A stretch of 64,000 bases of DNA from Eledone cirrhosa (taxonomy: Eukaryota). Below are positions 25,064 to 38,731 of the stretch, in pieces. The stretch lies in the NCBI GenBank assembly GCA_964016885.1, contig OZ024745.1:120466001-120530000 (forward strand), given 5' to 3'. Under the pieces are notes generated by a model. It saw nothing but the letters and a program-made list of their open reading frames with translations, was not told the origin of the DNA and did no database searches. The position numbers were made by a program, and so were the translations under genes. Position 1 is the first letter of the stretch. The number at the start of each line of letters is the position of its first letter.

Positions 25064-27437
25064 TAACCATCTTTCCAACAACAACCCTGAGCACCTTTTT
25101 GAATTCCAGGTGTCTAACACACGTGGGCATGCCCACAAAGTCAGAAAACAGCACAGCTCCATGACTTTCGGAAACATTTTTTCACGCTCAGAGTTGCTGA
25201 AGCATGGAACAAACTACCTGCATCAGTTGTTAGCTGTCGAGACACTGCACCCTTTAAAACCTCCATAGAACAAACTACCTGCATCAGTTGTTAGCTGTCG
25301 AGACACTGCACCCTTTAAAACCTCCATAGAACAAACTACCTGCATCAGTTGTTAGCTGTCGAGACACTGCACCCTTTAAAACCTCCATAGAACAAACTAC
25401 CTGCATCAGTTGTTAGCTGTCGAGACACTGCACCCTTTAAAACCTCCATAGAACAAACTACCTGCATCAGTTGTTAGCTGTCGAGACACTGCACCCTGTA
25501 AAACCTCCATGGAACAAACTACTTGCATCAGTTGTTGGCCGTTGAGACACTGCATCCTGTAAAACCTCCATAGAACAAACTACCTGCATCAGTTGTTAGC
25601 TGTCGAGACACTGCACCCTTTAAAACCTCCATGGAACAAACTACCTGCATCAATTGTTAGCTGTCGAGACACTGCACCCTGTAAAACCTCCATGGAGCAA
25701 ACTACCTGCATCAGTTGTTAGCTGTCGAGACACTGCATCCTTTAAACCTTCCATGGAACAAACTACCTGCATCAGTTGTTAACTGTCGAGACACTGCCTC
25801 CTTTAAAACCTCCATGGAACAAACTAGCTGCATCAGTTGTTAGCTGTCGAGACACTGCACCCTTTAAAACCTCCATGGAACAAACTACCTGCATCAGTTG
25901 TTAGCTGTCGAGACACTGCACCCTTTAAAACCTCCATGGAACAAACTACCTGTATCAATTGTTAGCTGTCGAGACACTGCACCCTGTAAAACCTCCATGG
26001 AACAAACTACCTGCATCAGTTGTTAGCTGTCGAGACACTGCATCCTTTAAAACCTCCATGAAACAAACTACCTGCATCAGTTGTTAGATGTCGAGACACT
26101 GCGTCCTGTAAAACCTCCATGGAACAAACTACTTGCATCAGTTGTTGGCCGTCGAGACACTGCATCCTGTAAAACCTCCATAGAACAAACTACCTGCATC
26201 AGTTGTTAGCCGTCGAGACACTGCATCCTGTAAAACCTCCATGGAACAAACTACCTGCATCAGTTGTTAGCTGTCGAGACACTGCGTCCTGTAAAACCTC
26301 CATGGAACAAACTACTTGCATCAGTTGTTGGCCGTCGAGACACTGCATCCTGTAAAACCTCCATGGAACAAACTACCTGCATCAGTTGTTAGCTGTTGAG
26401 ACACTGCATCCTTTAAAACCTCATTGAACAAACTACCTGCATCAGTTGTTAGCTGTCGAGACACTGCATCCTTTAAAACCTCCATGGAGCAAACTACCTG
26501 CATCAGTTGTTAACTGTCTAGACACTGCATCCTTTAAAACCTCCATGGAACAAACTACCTGTATCAGTTGTTAGCTGTCGAGACACTGCATCCTGTAAAA
26601 CCTCCATGGAACAAACTACCTGCATCAGTTGTTAGCTGTCGAGACACTGCATCCTTTAAAACCTCCATGGAACAAACTACCTACATCAGTTGTTAGCTGT
26701 CGAGACACTGCATCCTTTAAAACCTCCATGGAACAAACTACCTGCATCAGTTGTTAGCTGTCGAGACACTGCATCCTGTAAAACCTCCATAGAACAAACT
26801 ACCTGCATCAGTTGTTAGCCGTCGAGACACTGCATCCTGTAAAACCTCCATGGAACAAACTACCTGCATCAGTTGTTAGCTGTCGAGACACTGCGTCCTG
26901 TAAAACCTCCATGGAACAAACTACTTGCATCAGTTGTTGGCCGTCGAGACACTGCATCCTGTAAAACCTCCATGGAACAAACTACCTGCATCAGTTGTTA
27001 GCTGTTGAGACACTGCATCCTTTAAAACCTCATTGAACAAACTACCTGCATCAGTTGTTAGCTGTCGAGACACTGCATCCTTTAAAACCTCCATGGAGCA
27101 AACTACCTGCATCAGTTGTTAACTGTCTAGACACTGCATCCTTTAAAACCTCCATGGAACAAACTACCTGTATCAGTTGTTAGCTGTCGAGACACTGCAT
27201 CCTGTAAAACCTCCATGGAACAAACTACCTGCATCAGTTGTTAGCTGTCGAGACACTGCATCCTGTAAAACCTCCATGCTTCCTTAAATTTGCCAACACT
27301 CCACCTGATTCCCCCCTCCATACACACGCACACATGTATATCATGACTCGTACACCGTTCACTTTCCTGACATTTGTACATTATTCTATGAGTTGTTGTG
27401 CACCTGAGCACTGTACACAATTTCATTATTATTATTA
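25064..27437 (+). mobile_element. CR1-type LINE 3' end hosting an internal minisatellite
   Basis: NTRGHAHKV...FFTLRVAEAWNKLPASVVSCRDTASFK ORF2 C-terminus, 3' UTR and (ATT)n tail at about 27425. Confidence 0.8.
25204..27277 (+). repeat. 61-bp minisatellite, about 34 copies, with a 609-bp higher-order duplication
   Basis: Unit TGGAACAAACTACCTGCATCAGTTGTTAGCTGTCGAGACACTGCATCCTTTAAAACCTCCA; identical variant blocks at 26321-26503 and 26930-27112. Confidence 0.97.
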
Positions 27438-27755
27438 CTTTACAGGGTTGGACGCCATGCTTTCTAGCATAGTTACGTCCTTTTATGGTCCGAGTTCAAA
27501 TCCCGTCGAGGTTAACTTTGCCTTTCATCCTTACAGGGTCGATAATTAAAGTACCAGTAATGTACTGGGTAATTGCTGGCCTTGTACCAAAAGTAGAAAC
27601 AATTATTACTTTACTTTCCTCACCCTATTTCTACCCCAACAGCTGCCTCTCCATTTTGTAATTGAAGGGTTTATATTAAAAGTTACATTTCCAAATATAT
27701 TTATATTTTTGTTTTTATAGTTCTAAGTAGAATTATTCACTCCAATTATCTAAAG

Positions 27756-28180
27756 CAGGGGTGTGCAACAGGCGGCCCGCGGGCCACACTCAGGCCCACC
27801 AGATCAGTCAGAGTGGCCCTAGAAGACCGTTTTTTATTTTTACTTTGTAGACTTATTTAGAATGTTTTTCGTAACCTAAATACAATTTTCTGTTAGTTGA
27901 CCTATACTAGAGGGCTTCACTGTAGGGTTATCTGTCTTATAATTTCCCAGTTGACCTCTACTAGAGAGCTTCACTGTAGGGTTATCTGTGTTATAATTTC
28001 CCAGTTGACCTCTACTAGAGGGCTTCACTGTAGGGTTGTGTGTCTTATAATTTTCCAGTTCTATGTTATGGAAAGAAGTTGTGGTTTTCATTTGATTACA
28101 TATTGTTTATAGTGACCAGCCCTAATAGTTGTTCCAATGTTCAAAAGTGGCCCCCCAATGGAATATATTGCACACCCTTG
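27756..28180. mobile_element. hAT-type MITE containing three 57-bp tandem units (about 27894-28062)
   Basis: TIRs CAGGGGTGTGCAA / TTGCACACCCTTG, GGCCCGCGGGCC subterminal motif, degenerate NTCTANAN flanks. Confidence 0.7.
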
Positions 28181-28311
28181 GTCTACACTATGTCTGTTTA
28201 GATTTGGGGGACACTAAGTGTAACAATTTAACAAATTGACTGAGGAGACATCTTTATTTCTGCAAGAGAAAACCAAAAATAGAATAAACAAAAAGAAATA
28301 TATTTATACAC

Positions 28312-28343
<32 letters not shown>

Positions 28344-28395
28344 ATATATATATTTCTTTTTGTTTATTCTCTCTCTCTCTATATATATATATATA

Positions 28396-28756
28396 GAAAA
28401 TTATGTAGTAACATGTACTTATGCCATATTTGACTAAATAGAATTAGTCTGTTAGTTGGGTTTTCAAAAAACCCTCTGAATGGAAAAAGGATGAGTATTG
28501 ACGGACATGGGATACAAACCCACTATATATAGCTGCTATGGTTACATAGCTTCTAATTGAATGGAAAGAAGCATGGGTGGCGTGTTGGTGTAATGGTAAC
28601 ACATTGGTTTGGCAAACCAAAGATGTGGGTTTGTGTCCCATGTACGTTAACACTCTTATTTTTTTTCCCATTCAGAGGGTTTTTTCAAAATCCCAACTAA
28701 CAGACTAATTCTATTTAGCCAAATATAGCATAAGCACATGTTACTACCTAATTTTC
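28396..28756. repeat. Foldback element with about 130-bp inverted arms
   Basis: 28396-28523 is the reverse complement of 28625-28756 with scattered mismatches. Confidence 0.9.
28579..28649 (+). pseudogene. tRNA-like cloverleaf, anticodon position GGC, degenerate B box
   Basis: D arm GTGT-AATGGTA-ACAC, anticodon arm TTGGT-TTGGCAA-ACCAA, T arm GTGGG-TTTGTGT-CCCAT, G-U-rich acceptor stem, downstream T8 run. Confidence 0.7.
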
Positions 28757-28832
28757 AAATTCGCTAGCTGTTTGTAAACAAAGCCTGATTTGTGTCTTCC
28801 TGTGTATATACTTATATATATATATATATATA

Positions 28833-30200
28833 TCATCATTGTTTTACGTCAATTTTTCCATACTAGCATAGGTTAGATGGCTTGTACTGTTGAGGTCAAT
28901 GTTAGGTCAGGCGACCATGTCTTGCGAATACAGAACTGATTTTGGCTTGGTTTCTACAGCTGGATGCCATTTCTAACACCAACCTTATTTACAGTGAGTA
29001 CTGGGTGCTTTTTTGTTGTGTCACCAGCACGTTCACTTTACAGTGTGGACTAGGTACTTATTGTTGTGACTCCTACACGACCACTTTACAGTGTGGACTG
29101 GGTGCTTTTTGTCGTGACACCAACATGACCACTTTACAGTATGGACTGGGTGCTTTGTACCATGACACCTACATAACCACTTTACAGTATGGACTGGGTG
29201 CTTTGTACCATGACACCTACATAACCACTTTACAGTGTGGACTGAGTGCTTTGTGTTGTGACACCTACACAACCACTTTAAAGTGTGGGCTGGGGGCTTC
29301 ACTACATGCATACTTCACACTGACCTCGTGGGAGATGTATGGGAGGGTGGGGTGGTGCATACTGTATGTATGCATCAGCTGCGGCCTGTGCCCATGGGAA
29401 GTCGGGTCTTCTGTATTACTGCATAACACCAGATATCTCGGTCCTGTGTCATCGCCTTTGAAAGGTGCAATTGGGCATGGTCAGCTTTTATCATCTCATT
29501 CCAGGTCTTCCTGGGTTTCCCCACTCTAAGGCTCCCATCGACTTTGAGTGCTCTGCACCTTTTTATGCAGCTGTCATCCTTCATACGCATCACATGTCTA
29601 TACCAACGCAACCTTCTCTCCTGCACACAGCATTTGATTCCTCTTATGCCTAGTATCTCTCTCAGTTCATTTATACTTCACTGTTCTTGTATATTACTAT
29701 TACACATCCATCGGAGCATGCAAGCTTGATTTCTTTCCAATCTTCTGCGCACAGCACCCAGGTCTCACTACCATGTAACATTGCTGTTCATATGTGCATG
29801 CATCATACAGTCTGCCTTTCATTCTGAGGAAAAAACCTTTTGTAGCCAGCAGTGGTAGTAGCTCACTGAACTTCCTCCATCCCGTTCTTACTCTGGCTAC
29901 TGTACTTTCAGAACACCCACCACCGCTGCAACTTCAGTCACCTAGGTAGCAGAAGCTGTCTACTGTTTCTACAAAGCCCTCCCAGAATTTGGTAGGGCTT
30001 GTTCCCTGAGGTCATTTGCTGCTTACTGTCTCGGTGCAACTGCTACATGTAAAGCCTACATTCCTAGCTAAACTTCCTGGGATCCCACTACATCTCTTGT
30101 GTACCCATAGTTTGCATATAGGACAAAGGATGGAGTTTCTACCTATTCCTTTCCTACACACTGAGCATGGCCATTTCTCAGAGAGCACCTTGCCTACATA
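28833..30200 (-). mobile_element. RTE LINE fragment with 48-bp tandem repeats in the 3' UTR (about 28977-29290)
   Basis: Homologous to 229-985 and 1480-2280; unit ACCACTTTACAGTGTGGACTGGGTGCTTTTTGTCGTGACACCAACATG. Confidence 0.9.
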
Positions 30201-31549
30201 TAAATTTTAGCAAAAAATAAAAAATAAAATAACAACAAAAATTTAAAAAAACATTAAAAAAGCAAAAAATCAAGACACTTTCAGTGAAGTTTAATTTAAA
30301 ATTTATTTTTAAAGGCAAAATGGACAGTTGGCCTTTGTATATCGTTTGAAACACACAACAGAACACATTTGTACAGTTGTTGAAAGGACGCTGCTGGCAT
30401 TTAAAATAGACAGAAATATCGAAGCATTCTCAGCAAATAAACAATTGAAATTTAATTGTGCTCTACTGAGTCACTGACAAAATTAGCAATCCTAACAGTG
30501 CAAAAGTATAGTTTGTGGAGAGAACATGCAGAAGAAGAGAGGGAGAGAGAGAGAGTGAAGAAAGAGAAGTGAAGCCAGTGGATCAAATCAGAGAAAAGAC
30601 ATGGCATTTTGTTGGAGGCAGCCAAAATAGATACACATGCACACAGAGAGGCAAAAGGTCCGATTCTGAAGACATTAGGGGGTGAAAAAAAACAACAAAA
30701 CAAAACAAGAAATGAATTTTTTTTTTTTTTTTTCTAAAGCCAACATTTTTCGATCAATTAAAATAAAGAACCCACAAATAACACTAATGAAATATTTGAC
30801 AAATTTAAGAAAAAAAGTAAAATAATTCCTTATAAAGAGTTTTTATCAAAAAAATATATAAGTCAATTGTTCAAAGTATCAGGAATGTAGAGTAGAGATT
30901 AGTGAGAAGGTTTCCAAAACCAACTTAGCAGCTAGCAAAGGTACATGACGCCAAAACTATTTCAGTACATAGGTAGTAACTATGGCAAAAGAGAAATCCT
31001 AGAAGTTATTCATTAATAAAATGTTTAATTAACATTTTAGAAATTAGTATAGTCGCCGACCATGAAAAAATTAAACCAGGAGTTATTTGAATGTGTGTAA
31101 AAATAAAAGAAAATATATGAAAACAGCATGTTCCTGATTCTATATACTAATTCTGAAGCTCAACTTAACACACTAATTAAAGACAAAGGATTCAATAAAT
31201 CTATCAAATAAAAAATCTAATTGATTTTCTTAATTCATATAATTCATAGCAATCAATAGCTCATCTAGTTAGGCAATGAAAATATAATATCTACCAGATC
31301 AAATTTTCTCTTTTGGTATATTTTAGTTGTATTACAACTCAGAGACAAGTATTGACTCATTTTTCATGAGCCTGCAATTGTTGGTTCATTTATAACATTT
31401 TCTCTGTTGTGTTGCACAATCGTGAATTGGTCATTGCATTAGTTTTGTATATATTTAGTGTATGTTGCAAAGAATTTACATTATCCAGTCATATCATATT
31501 TATAGCAACTAAAACCAAAATTGAGTATAGAAAAGCAAATTGAAGTCAA

Positions 31550-33490
31550 ATTATGTCACTTCAGGTGGGTTTATCTCATAAAGACGAAAACAATTCTTTA
31601 CTTGATCATACATCTAAGTACAGTGTTCAGTCATTGCAAAATAAAGTGTATTCATTAAGTGAACAAATCCAAGTGATGGCTACTCAGTTAAAGGAATTTA
31701 GTAATCAAAAAGCACCATTGATTAGTTATAGCTGCGGAGATAGGTCATTTTAAAAAAGAATGCACATTCTAGAATAGTAAGACAGAGGTAGGGAGAGGAT
31801 GCATGACACTTATGGTTGTGGGTCAAAAGGTTTTGGAAGTGGAAATGTTGACAGAAATACTTGTTATACTTCATTGCCCATCATTCTAGGATAAATCTCT
31901 AAACTGTGCTGACACAAATAATAGAGAAAGAGTTGTATGTTATGCCAGTAAAACTCTGAACTCCAGAGAAAGAAATAGTGTACCTATAGCAAAGAATTAT
32001 GGGAAATAGTTTGGGCTGTTCGACATTTTCAGCCATACCTAGCAGTGCATACAGACCACAGGCCACTAGTCAATGCACAGAATCTTTAGTCTGGAAATGA
32101 CCTCACTGGATGCAGTGAACTTATAACTTTGAAATCATTCATAGAAGTGGAAATAGATGCAAGAGAATCAGTGCAAAATGATGCACTATTTTCTTTTATT
32201 GAAATTAGTGTTGATGATTGCTCTATGAAAGCACTTGTTGATAAGATGGGAGCAAAGGTAAGCATGTACGAATTTATGGAATCATCATCAGCATTTACAG
32301 TCAATAATCATGTAAAACAAACTTCTGTTCAAATTTCATCAGTAACAAGTGATAAGCCAAAGCCAAGTTGCACAGAGATTGACAGTCAGCTATTATCACC
32401 AGATGAAAAGATCATGGTGCAATCTTTAATGAATGAATATTATGACATATTTAGAACAGGTCTTAACCGATATAGGGAGAACAAGTGTACTGAAACATCG
32501 AATTTACACCAATAATGTTCCACCAAACAAATAGAGATCCCGAAGAATCACAATGAATCTAAAAGAAGAAATTGATCTCTGAGATGTTGAAAAATTATAT
32601 TATTAAAGAAAACCAAAGTTCATGGGCATCACCAGTTGTTTTAGCTTTTAAGAAAGATGGTTCATACCGATACTGTGTTGAGTATAGGAGATCAATACAA
32701 CACACAAAGATGTACACCCATTACCATGAGTTGATGGATGTCTTCATACTCTTTCAAGATCCCATATATTCTCAGTCATGGATTTAGCCTCTGGTTACTG
32801 GCAAGTCAAAGTTGAAAATGCAGATAGGGCCAAAACAGATTTCACCAAAGGAAATAGTTTGAAGTAATGTCCTTAGACCTTACAAATGCACCAGCTACAC
32901 TCCAGCGACTCATGCAGCTTGTGATAGTTGGTCTGGATTGTTTAATATGCCTAGTATATATCTTGATGTAATTGTTTATACTAGGTCGATACAGGAACAT
33001 ATATCGATTTTGAGGGAAGTGTTTTCAAGAATGTGGGAATCAGGGTTAAAACTGAAACCTTCAAAGTGTCAATTTTTCAAGGAACAAGTTTCATTTTTGT
33101 GGCATCTTGTTTCAAAGTGAGATGTAGAACCACATCCTGATAATACTGAAACAATAAAGTATTCAATACCACTAATGCAGCTGAAGTTCAATTATTTCTG
33201 AGCCCGTGTAGGTAAAATAGACATTTTATAAGTTATTTCTGGACCTTAGTGGGTACTATAGATGCTTCATAAGTTATTTCTCTGAAATAGAAACACACCT
33301 TCGTCAACTCACACATTAAGATCAAAAGTTTATTTGAACAGATAACTGTGCAAGGGTATTTCAGAGGTTACAAGTATCTTTAACAACAGGCCCCATTTTG
33401 ATGTGCCCATAATTTGACAAGGGGTTCATTTTGTACACTAATGCCTCCCATGAAGCAGTTGGTGTAGTTTTATCCCAGAAAGATACAATA
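31550..33490 (+). pseudogene. Decayed Gypsy LTR-retrotransposon gag-pol
   Basis: Zinc-knuckle remnant, ALVD..GA protease, [72 protein letters not shown]. Confidence 0.9.
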
Positions 33491-34412
33491 CTAATAATTT
33501 AGAGTTGTACAGAGATGAAGAGCCCTGGATCACCAATAAGGTGATTTTTATAGTAAGGCTCATTCATTCTTGCCATTGGGAAGCACTTTCCAGACAATTC
33601 TAGTTTCTGCTGAAGTGAAGCAAGTTAAAGCAACTGTGGGGTAGGCCAAAGGAACCAGCCTAAGTTACAGTTCTTACGTTGGGTACATGCAATGTTCTCT
33701 AATGTGATTGGTTTTAGTTATTGTAAATAGATCATACCCCAATATGACTGGATATATACTGTCACTGAATATATACAAAAGCTAATGCAATCATCAATTC
33801 ATGTGCAGCACAACATCTCTATATAAGAATCGTTTTCTCAATATTTACCTTGGCAAAATAAAATGTTTAGTGAGTTTAAGAGTTTTAGCACAGCCAGACT
33901 AAACATATAGCTGAAATAGCAACTAGTGGACTATACAACTGCATGGGTTGAGCATTAAGACAAGGGAGATAATTCATAGCAGTGCTACTAAAAAACACAA
34001 AAGTGAAAACATTTTTTAAATACTTTTCAACTATTTTATTTTTTCTTGCACAGTATCATAATAATTAATTATTATGATTGTAGAAAATATATTTTTTCTC
34101 TTTTCGAAGTTAGCTTGTGAATTTATTTAATTAAATTTATTCAAAAGTATTTAAATAATTCTTGTTTTATAATTGATGGGTTGTGTTTGTAATTTGTCCT
34201 TGAGAAAAGTACTTCATTGTACTTGCCTCAACCTAAGGATTGAGAAACACTTGTTAGGGTTTTATAGTCTTAGAAACATCTAGTCAAAGGTACCTCCAAT
34301 AACATAAAAAATATTAAAAGGACCAGGTTCATTTCTAGATGCTTTACACAATCAAAATACTAAGAGTAAATATTGTTACTGATATGAGTAGCAAGCCTAA
34401 ATGATCAGCCCT

Positions 34413-34466
<54 letters not shown>

Positions 34467-35005
34467 TACATATAAATATATTCCCAAGACAAATAGGACA
34501 TCTTACATATAGTAGGTAATTATACAAAACTGTATGAAAATAATCAACTGAGGCATCATAGTTATAAGCAAAATAGTCTCAAACTTCTGTAGATGTTAAG
34601 TTAGAAATGAAATTTTTTCTTTTATTTTCTTAGTTAAAAAGACAATAATGTGTCTCATTAAAAATAATCTATTAGAAACAAAATAAAACTCCAGTTAACA
34701 TGAGTCAGGAAGTTGTCTTCCATCTTGACTAATTTGGGATGTAATCAGAAAAAGAACAGTGCATCAACAAGACTTTAGAATAGAATATACAAGTGAGACC
34801 AACTGCTTAAGGTTTTACGATGTTCTTTGATAAATTATATCATATTATCAACAGAAAGAAACAGCATCCATGTAGTAGTACAAGATCACACTAAAGTACA
34901 AACATTAGTAACTAGAGGCTAAATCCAAAGGAAAATTAAATACATGTATGATACAGCCTGTATTAAACAACCACTTTGATCAATCAAATTTGTACACTCA
35001 CTCAC

Positions 35006-35008
<3 letters not shown>

Positions 35009-35051
<43 letters not shown>

Positions 35052-35396
35052 ATAATATTATATATATATATAAATATATATATATAAATATTATATATAT
35101 ATATAAATATATATATATATAAATATTATATATATATATAAATATATATATATATAAATATTATATATATATATAAATATATATATATATAAATATTATA
35201 TATATATATAAATATTATATATATAAATATTATATATATATATAAATATTATATATATATATATATATATAAATATTATATATATATATATATAAATATT
35301 ATATATATATATATATATATAAATATTATATATATATATATATATATAAATATTATATATATATATATATATAAATATTATATATATATATATATA

Positions 35397-35453
<57 letters not shown>

Positions 35454-35490
35454 TATATTATATACATATATTATATGTATATATATAATT
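35009..35490. repeat. Compound (TA)n microsatellite punctuated by AAATATT
   Basis: Directly visible. Confidence 0.95.
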
Positions 35491-36642
35491 GTGCCCATAC
35501 ATATACACACACATATAATTGTACACATACATTCATATACAAGCACACACAGCCACACACTCTTTAAACATTCCATGTTAATTGCCTGGCTGATAATGCA
35601 TTAAAAAGGCACTGGCGAAGAAATCACTAAAATTTTATGGCTAAGAGAAAAATAAAGTGTATTTCCCCACAAACACAAAATATGATTTATATTTTTGAAA
35701 CCATAAGCTAAATAAGCTGTATTGTATATTTTCCATTAACAATATTTAAGAGGAAAAAGAACGCACAGAATTTAAAGTCAACTCATTAGAGCAACCTACT
35801 TTACAAATATGATCTGTTATATAACTGATTACATTCAATGATGAGGCTATTAATACTTGACAATCTCGTGTTAATTTGTTTGGAGGGAAAATGAAAAAGA
35901 ATTGAAGTTAATTTTTGCAGTAATTCATTAAGATAACGAGAGAAAGATTTTTTTTTTTAATGCAGACGGTTTGAAAATAACACAACAACGAGTAGAAATA
36001 AAGAAAGGAGAAGCATATTTGTAGCAAACGGTTTGACCAAACACAAATTCAAGAGGGAAATAAAGAAAAAAATTAAGGCCCCTCTAGTTCCAGATAATTC
36101 TATAGAACTTTATTTTCAATGAGTTTGTATCAAGGGAGATAATTACAAAGAATTCAATGTAAATATTTTTTTATAGAATGGATATCGTTTTAGCAGATGG
36201 TTACTATTTAAGAAAAAAAAAAATCCCTTTATAAAATTAATGGCAAAAAGTAAGCAAATTCAATGGAAAAATAAACTGAACAAATTTGGTATCTTGATTA
36301 TAATGGAAGAACACAGCCACAGAGAAAAGTATTGTGTGCACATAGTGTGTCTGTGATGGCATTGGTAAGAAATGCTACAGAGGTTTAAGCTAAGCTGTGT
36401 CAAAAAAAGGAAAAAAAAATGAAATTACATTTTCAACACAGTGAAGCTGATTGCATTCAAAAGCAGATCATTACTTTCTGCCATTGCTAATGATAACTAA
36501 TTTAGATGATTAGATCATCTCATCTGAATGTTTGTGAGCAGCAATGACTGGAGAAAGGCAGACAGAACAGAATAGAGAAAGAGAAAGAGTGTATGTTTAT
36601 GTCTGTGTCTGTATGTATGAGAATGAGAAAGGACTGACTCTG

Positions 36643-36689
<47 letters not shown>

Positions 36690-36710
36690 TATATATATAT
36701 ATATATTATA

Positions 36711-36741
<31 letters not shown>

Positions 36742-37331
36742 GTGTATTATATATATATATATAATATATATATGTGTGTATATATATAGATATATATATA
36801 TATATATATACATACATATAAATACACACACATATATATACATATGTGTGTGTGTGTATATACCTATATATATATAGAGAGAGAGAGAGAGGGGGAGAGA
36901 GGGAGAGAGAGAACTATTCAAATTTCAATAAGCTACTTGCAGTGGGCTTGAAAGACTGTATGGAAAAGGTTAAACCAAGAAGCAGTGTTATTTGTAGTAG
37001 TAGTAGTAGTAATAGTAGGTGTAGTAGTAGTAGTAGTTGTAGTAGTAGTAATAACAGTTGCCTAGTTGCTGCTATAGGTGACAATTGGTATATTGCATTA
37101 GAATTATACCAAAACACCAAAACCACATTTGATATTAACTAACTAGAAAAACTCATTTTGAACCACTTGTCCATCACTTTACTGATCAAATGAAATCATT
37201 GTTGTAGTAGATGTATAAGTATATGTATGTGTGTGTGTGTGTGTTTGCATGTGTGTGTGTGTTTAATAATGAAATATTACTGATTCCGTAAGTGGATATC
37301 TTGTGTTTATACATAGTTGCATATTGCAAAT

Positions 37332-37445
37332 TTAATACAAGTCGTGTCTTCGCTTCAAGTCATTACGTTTCCATTCAGCAAGTCGGTAAAAATCTTCCTG
37401 ACTCATCTTAAACAGTTCATGAAAATCCTCTTTGGCGAGATATAT
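37332..37445 (-). CDS. ABLIM: abLIM-like last coding exon, villin headpiece C-subdomain (IYLAKEDFHELFKMSQEDFYRLAEWKRNDLKRRHDLY*)
   Basis: tttttacag acceptor, 38 codons to TAA. L..EDF..LF.M...F..L..WKRN.LK motif. Confidence 0.95.
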   Translation of the reverse strand: MYLAKEDFHELFKMSQEDFYRLAEWKRNDLKRRHDLY

Positions 37446-37836
37446 CTGTAAAAAATAAAATAATAATAATAGTAATATCAACTCACCGGTCTCGAATAAT
37501 GCCCCACCCCCACTTATATAATTTTACACATATTTTTCCAAACTCCCTCCTCCCTTTTAAAATTTTGCTAATCTATCTCCGGTGAAATTTTATTTTAAGT
37601 GACAGCATTCCTGTGATAATTAATTTTCTTTAGACATTAAAAAACATACATGACAAAAAAGAAACCTTACAAGAAATCCCATGCGTTATAAAATAAATAG
37701 GATGAGGTGGGGGTTTCAATATGTAAAGTAAACAATAAATTGTTTTTTTTTTTAAATATCAAGAGAGGCAGCCAAGAAAAATTACAGATTTTCCAACCCC
37801 CTCCCCTATTATTTGGGACACGAGAATATATTATAA

Positions 37837-38170
37837 GCAATGATAGACTGGTGTAGGGAGCATAGTTTTATTATCACAAACACCTGCTTTGAAAACCATG
37901 TAAGACGATGCTGGACATGGAAAAGCCTTGGAAACTGCGTCAGAAATCAAATAGACTTCATCTTCATTCAGGAAAGTTTTAGAAATTCCATCAGATCAGC
38001 AAAATCTCTGCCGAGAGAAGACTGTGGTAACGACCATGATCCTATAGTATCCAAGATAAAACTAAGACTGAAAAAGACCAGCAAATTCAAATTCCAATTA
38101 ATACTCCAATATGACTTTTTGAGAAAAAAAATGGAGATTTAAAACAAAAATATCCGTCTTGTGTGAGGAA
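37837..38170 (+). pseudogene. RTE-type apurinic endonuclease fragment
   Basis: ITNTCF..H.RR.WTWKS....RNQIDFI...DCGNDH. Confidence 0.85.
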
Positions 38171-38731
38171 TCCTGGGGCAATCGTCTCAACAGAATAGGC
38201 TGGTAGCTAGATCTGTCCAACTCCACAAATCAGCAATGCTTGGACAAGCTTACTTGATGACACTTCCATGCTTGTAGAGTTTGTCTTGAACTAGCAATAC
38301 ATATCAATAGTACTGTAAAGCCAGGGATTTCTGGAAATTATTCATGGTCCCTGGTTCAAAAGTTCTCTGAAATAGACCAGCCAGTTAATTCTCATTAACA
38401 CACTAATTTTTCTGAAAACATCCCTAATACCCTATAAAATGCTGATGTAGATGTTCTACTGACCATATTGCCTGACTAGTAGAGAGCTGTGAGTGCCTGA
38501 CTATATTTCAGATGCTAAGACTCAATTTTAGCAAAATGGATATGAAACAGTAAAAAATATTACCATTTCTAATATACTATTTTCTCAGGAAAAAATAAGT
38601 AGACAACTAAGTTGCCATTAGAATTGCTCATGAAACATGCCTTTCATGGCCTTATACATGAATAACATTTGTTTGACACAAGAGAATACAGGTTAAAGAG
38701 GATTGCTTCATTAAAGAACAGTTGTATTTAC

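Noticed and set aside
25204-27277. CRISPR-like periodic array
   Set aside because: Units are contiguous with no unique spacers, derive from a LINE ORF, and no cas genes are present in this eukaryotic DNA.
28942-29529. 195-aa ORF with 16-aa repeats
   Set aside because: It is the antisense reading of 48-bp repeats in an RTE 3' UTR.
35196-36921. YI/CV-rich ORFs
   Set aside because: Translations of TA and TG microsatellites.
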